A DNA stretch of 64,000 bases from Chitinophaga pinensis (lineage in GTDB: Bacteria > Bacteroidota > Bacteroidia > NS11-12g > UBA955): positions 197,861 through 261,860 of the forward strand of contig CAMDUE010000002.1 of the NCBI GenBank assembly GCA_945877575.1, in the 5' to 3' direction. The stretch's first letter is position 1. Every line of letters begins with the position of its first letter. This document shows, piece by piece, positions 49,342-57,302 of this stretch. Under the pieces are notes generated by a model. That model did no database searches, was not told the DNA's origin, and was given only the letters and a program-made list of their open reading frames with translations. Made by a program: the position numbers and the translations under genes.

Positions 49342-52300
49342 TTAAAATGCTGCTTCAACGCCAATTAGGAACCGGAAATCTACGAAGTTTTCTTGTGGAT
49401 TCACGGTATTTAGGAAAAATGGAAAATCAATTCTATATCGCATGGTTCTTGGAGAGTAAGAGTAGTTGCGATTGATGATTTTATTGTAATTATTGATGTT
49501 GATCCACGTTCCTATTCCGGCATCTGCGAGCAGGTTGCTGTTGTACCAATTATTTGATTTTTGGATTGCGATCAAACCTGCATCAGCGAATAAATAGGGT
49601 GAAAAAGAAATGAATTTATTTTTCAAAAAGGGCGAAAGTAACTTTCCGAAGTGCCATTCTGTGTTGATAGATATACCAGAAGTACCTCTAAAAAATGCCA
49701 TGATGCTGTCGTTTGATTTGATTCCAATGGCTCTTCCATGAAATCCTCTGAGGTTCAGTCCGCCACCTAAATGGGTGTAATTCGGTTGGATGTTTCCGAG
49801 ATTTCGAACCATCATATTTTGGAATTGAGTTTCAGGGTTGGCGCTTGATGTGTAAAGGGCTGATTCAGGTGATGGATTCGCACCTTGAGCTAATTGAGCG
49901 AATACTCTAGACTTGAAAGTGGTTGATTTAATAGGTTGTTGGTGTTTCCATTCTAGGTTAAACCAACCAAATTGTGTTTGGCTCCAAGGCGATATTAATC
50001 GGGTATCAACGGCAATGGTTCCTGACCTTGACCAACCTGAGTATTGGATGTTCCAAAACAGGTGGAAGTTGGTATTGGTTCTGTCAGACCAAGTACTTGC
50101 AGTGGGTAGATAACCATTGAAAAGGGAATTCTTGTTTATGATGGTTTCGGTGTTTGAACTAAGTGCCCTTAGGTCTTTTCCATAAAGTCCGAAGGTATGT
50201 TTCCCCAATTTCCATTTCCAACCTAGTATTGAGCTCAGACGTTGGTTTGAGGAGATGATTTCTGCAAAATATGTCCCTCCACCGCGTATGTCATGTTGCC
50301 AATTTACTAAACCATTGATGGTCTGGTGAGCGAATTTTATATAATTTAATGGGTAAATCTGATTATTAAGGGCATAATATATTCTGGCATCAAAAACATG
50401 TTTTCGGCTGGCATATTGTCCGGTAAATTTTGCACCAATCATGGTTCCAGAATACTGATTGTATGCAATTGCGGGTCTAATTAGTACTTCGTATGGTTCT
50501 AAAATATTGCTATTTGGACCTTGTCCTTGATCGAGTTTAAAGGAAATTTTCTTTTTCCAACGGTTATTCCTTCGGTCAATGTCGGCCAAAAGGTAGGTGG
50601 CGTCCAAGAAAATTTCTGTGAGTTCATGTTTGGGTTCAATGCTCACATTGATGGTAAAATCGCGGTTCAAACGTCCCCAAGAATTCCAAACCTTGGTTGA
50701 AAGCCTGTTAGGAATGATGTATTGATTTGTTGGGATGGTTAATTGGGTAAATATTAATTTTCCACTTTCGGTTCGTGTCAAAAGGTCTAAGTTCACGGGC
50801 ATGGTGAGATTTCCGTAGCGATGAACGGTGATTTTATATTGACCATTCTCGAGCTTTTTTACTTTTTTAATGCCGTAGTCAATGACTTCTTTCGATTCAA
50901 ACCATTGATCAAAGAACTTATTCAGATCAATTTGTGCTGATTGAATGACTGAATTTCGAAAATCTTCTATGTACGGATGCTTGAATTTCCATTGTTCCAC
51001 ATAGTTTTTCATGGCTATCGAGAAAATGGAATCCCCCAAGAAATAGCGCAAATTGTAGAGCATGGTAGCCGTTTTGTAGTATACATTTCCGTATCCGCCG
51101 CCATGTCCAACGGCCTCATGAAATTCATTACTATGGGTATTGAGACGTTCGTCTTCGCCATCAATGGCATCATCCAAATAGGGGCCAATGGCCCTGGAAT
51201 ATTCGGGAAATGGCTCTACTTTCAGCTCTTTCAGAGCTTCGGCCGTTAAAAATTGAGTGAATCCTTCGTCGAGAGCTGCCCGATAGGTTTCGTTGCTGCC
51301 CACCATTCCCATGAACCAATTGTGGGCCACTTCGTGTGCGATGAGTGCTCTGTGCGAGGGATAGGAACCGCCGCAGAGCGTGAGCATGGGGTATTCCATA
51401 CCATCAGCAGCGTCTGCCACCACAATTTTAGGGTATGCATACATCCCATAATTTCGGCTGTAAAAGGCAATGACTTCACTTAAATATTGCGCGGTTTTTG
51501 TCCAATTTTTGGCATTATGGGCTTGTGCGATTGCCACGCATTGAATTCCGTTCCATGTGACTTCGCTTATTCTGTAGGTTGGATCAGCTGTCCAAGCAAA
51601 ATCGTGAACGTTTTGAGCAAGGAAATGCCAAGTTTTGGTAGTTGGTAGGGGGTAGTTGGTAGTTGGTAGTTGGTAGGGGGTAGTTGGTAGGGGGGTGTTG
51701 GGTTTCGGGTTTTGGGTTTCGGGGGACGGGGAGCGGGAGTTGGGTTGGTTGATGTCAATGGCTTTTTTGAGATCATCGGGAAGTGCTTCTTCGCGGTTTA
51801 AGAGTAATCCGGTGGCTTCAACGATGTACTTTTCTGGGAGATTTAGTTTCACATCAAAGGTGCCAAAGTCGCCGTAAAATTCTTTTTCAAGGTGTTGGCT
51901 GGTTTCCCAAGTGAACTTTTGGTCATAGACGCAAATTCTTGGGTACCAATGAACACCGTTGAAATGTTTAACTCCATGATGATCAAACACTTTCATTCTC
52001 CGGCGAATGGATCCTCGATCAAAATAAGTCTTGAACCAAATTTCAAACACGCAAGAATCTCCTGATTGCAGAGGCTCAGGAAGATCAATTTTCATGATGG
52101 TATAATCAATCTGAGGATCTAAAATGACTTTTTTATAGGGTTTGGTTGATTTATTTCCTTCAATTTGAATCCATGTGATTTGTGTCCCCAAACCTTGTTT
52201 TTCGTAGTTGCCGTAGGTGGGTTTAATTTTATTTAGTTCGTAGAGTTTATCTGTTAAAGAACCTGGCTGAGTGGAGTTTTGATATAAATGAAAAAAAGCT

Positions 52301-52542
52301 TCATTCAGGGTATTGGGTGAGTTGTTGGTGTAAGTCAATCGAAGTTTACCCGTAATAACTTCCGAACTATCATCAAGACTTGCATCTATTTGATAGTGAA
52401 CTTTTTGTTGCCAGTAAGTGGTAGGTGGTAGATGGTAGGGGGTAGGGGGTACTTGGTAAATGGTAGGGGGTAGTTGGCCGTTGGTAGAGAGGAGTTTTGT
52501 GGGGAAGAGTGACCAGAAAAAGATGAGCAAAATCAAGCGCAT
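49342..52542 (-). CDS. M1 family metallopeptidase with C-terminal Omp85-like barrel
   Basis: YWQQKV.Y, WYPR, GMEYP, HEVAH-x18-E, YYKTA; C-terminal GGLNLRGF, FADAG, terminal Phe. ATG 52542 preferred over TTG 52548. Confidence 0.85.
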   Translation of the reverse strand: MRLILLIFFWSLFPTKLLSTNGQLPPTIYQVPPTPYHLPPTTYWQQKVHYQIDASLDDSSEVITGKLRLTYTNNSPNTLNEAFFHLYQNSTQPGSLTDKLYELNKIKPTYGNYEKQGLGTQITWIQIEGNKSTKPYKKVILDPQIDYTIMKIDLPEPLQSGDSCVFEIWFKTYFDRGSIRRRMKVFDHHGVKHFNGVHWYPRICVYDQKFTWETSQHLEKEFYGDFGTFDVKLNLPEKYIVEATGLLLNREEALPDDLKKAIDINQPNSRSPSPETQNPKPNTPLPTTPYQLPTTNYPLPTTKTWHFLAQNVHDFAWTADPTYRISEVTWNGIQCVAIAQAHNAKNWTKTAQYLSEVIAFYSRNYGMYAYPKIVVADAADGMEYPMLTLCGGSYPSHRALIAHEVAHNWFMGMVGSNETYRAALDEGFTQFLTAEALKELKVEPFPEYSRAIGPYLDDAIDGEDERLNTHSNEFHEAVGHGGGYGNVYYKTATMLYNLRYFLGDSIFSIAMKNYVEQWKFKHPYIEDFRNSVIQSAQIDLNKFFDQWFESKEVIDYGIKKVKKLENGQYKITVHRYGNLTMPVNLDLLTRTESGKLIFTQLTIPTNQYIIPNRLSTKVWNSWGRLNRDFTINVSIEPKHELTEIFLDATYLLADIDRRNNRWKKKISFKLDQGQGPNSNILEPYEVLIRPAIAYNQYSGTMIGAKFTGQYASRKHVFDARIYYALNNQIYPLNYIKFAHQTINGLVNWQHDIRGGGTYFAEIISSNQRLSSILGWKWKLGKHTFGLYGKDLRALSSNTETIINKNSLFNGYLPTASTWSDRTNTNFHLFWNIQYSGWSRSGTIAVDTRLISPWSQTQFGWFNLEWKHQQPIKSTTFKSRVFAQLAQGANPSPESALYTSSANPETQFQNMMVRNLGNIQPNYTHLGGGLNLRGFHGRAIGIKSNDSIMAFFRGTSGISINTEWHFGKLLSPFLKNKFISFSPYLFADAGLIAIQKSNNWYNSNLLADAGIGTWININNYNKIINRNYSYSPRTMRYRIDFPFFLNTVNPQENFVDFRFLIGVEAAF
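51634..51745 (-). repeat. In-frame heptamer array (~16 units) inside the M1 peptidase
   Basis: Plus strand (gttggta/gggggta)n then (ttcgggt/tttgggt)n; encodes PNSRSPSPETQNPKPNTPLPTTPYQLPTTNYPLPTT. Confidence 0.9.
52417..52486 (-). repeat. In-frame heptamer array (10 units) after the M1 peptidase signal peptide
   Basis: agtggta ggtggta gatggta gggggta gggggta cttggta aatggta gggggta gttggcc gttggta; encodes TNGQLPPTIYQVPPTPYHLPPTT. Confidence 0.9.
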
Positions 52543-52595
52543 TCTCAAAGTTAATCAAATTTGTTTCACCCAACTTATTTTGGGAACTTTGTGTT

Positions 52596-53309
52596 GTGAA
52601 ACCCTATGTTTACCAAAGCGTTTATGAGCATGAAATTGCCGCTGTATTTGCCATTGCCTACGGTGGTTTGATTCATGCTGTTGGATTGGGAAATTCTGGG
52701 GTTGTTTGCAGACATTGGGTTATGGAAAAGTCTGACTTTGGACTTATTAAAGATATTCCAAAGCCCATGATGGCCGTTTGGAAAGAGTCGGTGACTGTGG
52801 TACCCGCTCAATTTATAGGTGTTAAACCACCCGATTCAGAGTTTGACTCTATGGTCACTCTCAATGATGAGGCGTATCTATGCTATAAAGGTAAAAACAG
52901 ACAACATTTGTTTCAATCATACCTTCACAAAGCCCAAATGGTTGCCGCAAAATATCAAAGTTTGGTATTTTTTTGGTGTTTGAATGACTGTGTTTATTTA
53001 TCGGTATTTGATGGCGGTAAGTTGTTGTTTTCTAACGTTTTTGAAGTAAATAAAAAAGAAGAAATAGTGTATTTTGTTTTGGCCGTGGCTCGTGATTGTG
53101 GGTTTGATTCTAAACCATTTACATTATTGGGTGATGCTGACGACAGCCAAATGAATGAGTTGCATGCTGATTTTGAAACATTGTCTGTTGAGCTGGTTCA
53201 TTTAAATAGAGAGCCGCTGTATACTGGTTGTGATCATGCGCCCGATGCTCATGTAGCCAATCTCTTATCGTTTTTAGGGGGATGTGAATTTCCTCGAGAT
53301 TATAACTAA
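52596..53309 (+). CDS. DUF3822 family protein
   Basis: TVVPAQF, L.F.N.F....E.VYFVL; position before rsmD. Confidence 0.6.
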   Translation: MKPYVYQSVYEHEIAAVFAIAYGGLIHAVGLGNSGVVCRHWVMEKSDFGLIKDIPKPMMAVWKESVTVVPAQFIGVKPPDSEFDSMVTLNDEAYLCYKGKNRQHLFQSYLHKAQMVAAKYQSLVFFWCLNDCVYLSVFDGGKLLFSNVFEVNKKEEIVYFVLAVARDCGFDSKPFTLLGDADDSQMNELHADFETLSVELVHLNREPLYTGCDHAPDAHVANLLSFLGGCEFPRDYN

Positions 53310-53316
53310 TCAAGTA

Positions 53317-53835
53317 ATGAGAGTAACAGGCGGACAATTTAAGGGTCACCCACTTCCCATGAAATTCGCTTCCCACGTTAGGCCATCGACAGACAAGATG
53401 CGTGAAAGTATGTTTAATATGCTCGCCAATCAATTGGATTTTGAGGAATTGAGTGTGTTGGACTTGTTTTCTGGGTCGGGAATTATTGCCCTTGAATTCC
53501 TGAGTAGGGGTGCCAAAGAGGTGGTTTCTGTTGATTTGGACGGAAAAAATATCCAACACCAAAAGAAGATCAGGGAAGAAAAACATTGTCAGCAATGGGA
53601 AATAGTGAAGGCAGATGTTTTTAAGTATTTGCAAAATTCACCCAAAAAATATGATTTGATTTTTGCAGATCCTCCATACGCAATGCCAAATCTGCAAAAT
53701 TTAGTATCTATGGTTCGACCGCATTTGATTGACGGTGGAATCTTTCTTTTTGAGCACCAACCTCGATTGGTCTTTGATCCGCCACCAACAAGGGAGAAGG
53801 ATTATGGAAGCAGTAAATTGAGCATTTTTGAGTAA
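53317..53835 (+). CDS. rsmD: 16S rRNA m2G966 methyltransferase RsmD family
   Basis: MRVTGG.FKG, RPSTD..RES.FN, LDLFSGSG, FADPPY, YG. Confidence 0.9.
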   Translation: MRVTGGQFKGHPLPMKFASHVRPSTDKMRESMFNMLANQLDFEELSVLDLFSGSGIIALEFLSRGAKEVVSVDLDGKNIQHQKKIREEKHCQQWEIVKADVFKYLQNSPKKYDLIFADPPYAMPNLQNLVSMVRPHLIDGGIFLFEHQPRLVFDPPPTREKDYGSSKLSIFE

Positions 53836-53848
53836 TATTGTTTTGTAA

Positions 53849-54304
53849 ATGAAAAGAATAGCGGTTTTCCCAGGTACTTTCGACCCTGTAACGAAAGGGC
53901 ATGTAGACATAGTTGTGCGTGGGGCCAAGCTTTTTGATGAGATAATTGTGGCTATTGGAATCAATACCAAAAAGGCCATGTTGTTCGATTTAGAACAGCG
54001 CACTAAATGGCTCGAGGAGTCATTTAAACATGTTCCGAACGTGCGCATTGAGCATTACGAAGGTTTAACTGTTGAATATTGTAAAAAAGTAGGCGCACAT
54101 TTTTTGTTGAGAGGATTGCGAAATGGTACTGATTTTGATTACGAATCGCACATCGCTCAATTGAATAAAAGTCTCAATGAAGATATAGAAACCGTATTCA
54201 TTTTGAGTTCACCCGAATTGGGTTACATTTCCAGCACCTTGGTACGCGATCTGATTATCCATAAGGGAGATTATCAGAAGTTTATACCGTTTGATTTGAT
54301 TTAG
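53849..54304 (+). CDS. coaD: Pantetheine-phosphate adenylyltransferase
   Basis: FPGTFDPVTKGH, RGLRN..DFDYE, ISSTLVR. Confidence 0.96.
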   Translation: MKRIAVFPGTFDPVTKGHVDIVVRGAKLFDEIIVAIGINTKKAMLFDLEQRTKWLEESFKHVPNVRIEHYEGLTVEYCKKVGAHFLLRGLRNGTDFDYESHIAQLNKSLNEDIETVFILSSPELGYISSTLVRDLIIHKGDYQKFIPFDLI

Positions 54305-54306
54305 TC

Positions 54307-54500
54307 CAAGGTAGTTGGTAGCAGGTAGTTGGTAGCAGGTAGTTGGTAGTTGGTAGCAGGTAGTTGGTAGTTGGTAGCTGGGCTCTGGCCCAAAACCCGG
54401 TACCCAAAACCCGAAACCCGATACCCGATACCCGATACCCGATACCTGAAACCTGATACCCGATACCCGGTACCCGATACCTAGTACCCAGTACCAACTA
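54307..54500. repeat. Two oppositely oriented heptamer arrays between convergent coaD and NUDIX genes
   Basis: (gttggta/gcaggta) x10, then (cgatacc/caaaacc/tgatacc) x~15, the latter running into the NUDIX stop codon. Confidence 0.92.
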
Positions 54501-55116
54501 AATGCTTCTTGATGATATCGTGGATGCTGTGGTAGGACTGGAACTCAGAAGAGTTGAACCAGTCAAGTGGGGCGAAATTTGCTTCGGTGATGCCTTCTTC
54601 TTCTTGCGGTTTTAATGCGGCGGTGCCGCTGCTGTTCATTCTGTACCAGTGGGTTTCCTTTAGGAGAATGGCGTTGTCTTCGTAGTAGGCGTGGTAGGTT
54701 TCTCCGATTTTTTCGGAAATGTTGAGGTGATTGATGCCGGTTTCTTCCATCACTTCGCGAAGGGCGGCGGCAATTTGATCTTCGTGGCGTTCTATTTTGC
54801 CCTTGGGAAGATCCCAAACACCGTTGCGTTTGATGGTTAGTAATTCGTGGTTTTTGTTGAATACTAATCCTCCAGCGGCTTGAATAACGGTGTATTCTTC
54901 AATGAATTCTCTCAGTGTTTCTTGAGGTTCAGGGGTCATCAATCCGAAGGTCATGGGTTTGCCCAAGGCCTCGCTTGATATTAAGATGTTAAAACTTTTA
55001 TGGATTTCATCATCACCTATGAAATAAAAGTTTGGAATGCCTTTGAGAGCATCCAGAGAATCTGTGATGATCAACGCACCCTCATTGAAGTAGATTTTGT
55101 AAGTTTGCGGCTCCAT
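54481..55116 (-). CDS. NUDIX hydrolase
   Basis: AAGGLV, WDLPKGK.E..E....AALREVMEETG Nudix box, PQEEEGI. Confidence 0.92.
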   Translation of the reverse strand: MEPQTYKIYFNEGALIITDSLDALKGIPNFYFIGDDEIHKSFNILISSEALGKPMTFGLMTPEPQETLREFIEEYTVIQAAGGLVFNKNHELLTIKRNGVWDLPKGKIERHEDQIAAALREVMEETGINHLNISEKIGETYHAYYEDNAILLKETHWYRMNSSGTAALKPQEEEGITEANFAPLDWFNSSEFQSYHSIHDIIKKHLVGTGY

Positions 55117-55750
55117 GTCTCACGAAAGTGCAAAATTAGCAAAATTTCTTCTGGAAATAAAGGCCGTTAAGTTATCTCCAAGGAATCCCTTTACCTGGAC
55201 TTCAGGTATTAAGTCGCCCATTTACTGTGACAACAGAACCGTTTTGTCATATCCGGAAGTAAGAAACTTTGTGGCTGACTCCTTGGCTGCCAAGGTAAAA
55301 GAACATTTTCCGGAAGTTGATAGATTGGCTGGAATTGCAACGGCTGGGATTGCGCACGGTGTTTTAGCCGCTGATAGATTGAATATGTCTTACTGTTATG
55401 TTCGACCGGAGCCCAAAAAACACGGACTAAAAAATCAGGTGGAGGGGCATATGAATGAGGGCGATAAAGTGGTTTTGATTGAAGATTTAGTGTCCACCGG
55501 AAAAAGCTCCATGCAAGCGGTTGAAGGGGTGAGAAATGAAGGCGGTGTAGTTATTGGAGTGCTTGCTCTGTTCAGTTACGGATTTGCGGATGCACATAAA
55601 CGTTTTGCAGACGAAGGTATTCCGTTGTATACAATATCGAATTTGAACGTGCTGAGCGAAGTGGCTGCGAAAGAAGGATTTATTTCTATGGATGACATTG
55701 AAATGGTTCAGCAGTTCGCTAAAGATCCGCATTCTTGGGGAAATGTTTAA
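55115..55750 (+). CDS. pyrE: Orotate phosphoribosyltransferase
   Basis: FTWTSGIKSPIYCDNR, VR..PKKHG, IEDLVSTGKS. Confidence 0.95.
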   Translation: MSHESAKLAKFLLEIKAVKLSPRNPFTWTSGIKSPIYCDNRTVLSYPEVRNFVADSLAAKVKEHFPEVDRLAGIATAGIAHGVLAADRLNMSYCYVRPEPKKHGLKNQVEGHMNEGDKVVLIEDLVSTGKSSMQAVEGVRNEGGVVIGVLALFSYGFADAHKRFADEGIPLYTISNLNVLSEVAAKEGFISMDDIEMVQQFAKDPHSWGNV

Positions 55751-56411
55751 GCGCTTCCCGCCTAGATAATGGTTTTAACGGGTATTTGTTTACAAAATCG
55801 AATACCCAGGTCGAATCGTGTTTAGCGTATTGTCTCAATGCCCATCCGATGGCTTTTTGGTGGAAGAATTCTTTTGAGTGTAGGTGAGGCAGAATGGAAA
55901 ATTCAAGCCAATCGGTTTGAGTGTTTTTGCCGTATTTGAGTTGGCAGATGATGGCACTCCGGTTGATCCACATGTTTTCAGATGCCGCGTATTCTGAGAT
56001 GGTTGATTCGAAAATGGATGGATGGGTTTTCAAAAATGCTCCTAAATGGCTTCCAGCGAGCATATCAACGGTATCCCACCAGCTTTTTGTGGAGATCAAA
56101 TGGGTAAAAAAGGGTAGCTCGTCAGAACTAAAGGTTTTTAGAGCTCGAGGAAATAAATCAAGTGCGCAGTATTGAAATTCTCTTTCGGGTTGTTCCCAAA
56201 GAAGGTAAAAAAAAGCTTTCCAATCGGCTGAGGTAAACTCTTTCAATTCTGCTGATTCTAAGCTGAAGGTTTTCAAAACTTCTTTTCGAGCAGGAGAGGT
56301 TATGCCCATAAACTGAAAATGATTTTTCATGTAGGCTTCCATGCCGGCCCGTTTTTCGGGAGAAATGGAACCGTTTAATTGGGATCTTAGATTTTCAATA
56401 AGGTTTTTCAT
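55719..56411 (-). CDS. DNA alkylation repair protein (AlkD-like HEAT-repeat)
   Basis: M.AYMK..F.F.G, EREFQY, SWWDTVD, W..RSAI, EFF.QKAIGWALR, LS.REALK. Confidence 0.9.
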   Translation of the reverse strand: MKNLIENLRSQLNGSISPEKRAGMEAYMKNHFQFMGITSPARKEVLKTFSLESAELKEFTSADWKAFFYLLWEQPEREFQYCALDLFPRALKTFSSDELPFFTHLISTKSWWDTVDMLAGSHLGAFLKTHPSIFESTISEYAASENMWINRSAIICQLKYGKNTQTDWLEFSILPHLHSKEFFHQKAIGWALRQYAKHDSTWVFDFVNKYPLKPLSRREALKHFPKNADL

Positions 56412-56502
56412 GGGCCCAAAATAATCTTCGAAAGTAGGGATTTATTCTACGATTGTTGTGTAGATGGCAATGTATTTGAATGACAGCCGTTATATTTGAG
56501 GT

Positions 56503-57291
56503 ATGATAAAACTTCAACAATTTGGTTTTGGTGTTGCCGTAATTTCGCTTCTTACTTTTAGCGCTTGCGATACGATTCAGCAAGCGGCGCCCGGTTTGGC
56601 TCAAGAAGCTTTGAATCAGGCTCGTAAACCGGCACAACCTCAGTTGACGGGAGATCAAGCAGCTGGTGGCTTGAAAGATGCTCTGATTAAAGGGGTGACT
56701 TCAGGTACAGACAGATTAGGTGCGGTTGGTGCATTTTCACAAAATGCTGCGATAAGAATTTTACTTCCCCCAGAAATCCAAAAAATTGAACAAAAAATAA
56801 GAGACAATAAAATTTTAAATGCTCTCATTGGAAAGGAGTTGGATAAAACCATTGAAGCAATGAATGCAGGTGCCGAAAAATCAATGGCCTTAGCTGTACC
56901 CGTGTTTAAAAATGCAATCACACAAATGTCATTTGCAGATGCCATGGGAATTTTAACGGGGGGACAAGGGTCTGCAACGAGATATCTGAAAGAAACTAGT
57001 GAACTCCCTTTGCAAGAGAAATTCAAACCTGAAGTTAAAAAAGCGTTAGATGAAGTGTCGTTGGCCAAGATCTGGCAGCCTGTGGTTACTCAAATAAATA
57101 AAAACAAACGTATTTTGGGTTTAGAGGCTGATGTTCAGACTGATTTGAATCAATATGTAACTGAAAAAGCTACCGCTGCCTTGTTTAAAGAAATTGAGCA
57201 AGAAGAGAATTTGATTCGAAAAGATCCAATTCAAAGAACCACCGAATTACTAAAAAAGGCTTTTGATTACGCAGATAAAAATCAGAAGTAA
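56503..57291 (+). CDS. DUF4197 lipoprotein
   Basis: Lipobox FSAC; GLKDAL..G, I.LPPE, MN.GAE, AT.YL, IEQEE..IRKDP..RTT.LLKK.F. Confidence 0.88.
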   Translation: MIKLQQFGFGVAVISLLTFSACDTIQQAAPGLAQEALNQARKPAQPQLTGDQAAGGLKDALIKGVTSGTDRLGAVGAFSQNAAIRILLPPEIQKIEQKIRDNKILNALIGKELDKTIEAMNAGAEKSMALAVPVFKNAITQMSFADAMGILTGGQGSATRYLKETSELPLQEKFKPEVKKALDEVSLAKIWQPVVTQINKNKRILGLEADVQTDLNQYVTEKATAALFKEIEQEENLIRKDPIQRTTELLKKAFDYADKNQK

Positions 57292-57302
57292 ATTCCCACA
57301 AA

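Noticed and set aside
54282..54497. 71-aa minus-strand ORF
   Set aside because: Merely a translation of the heptamer arrays
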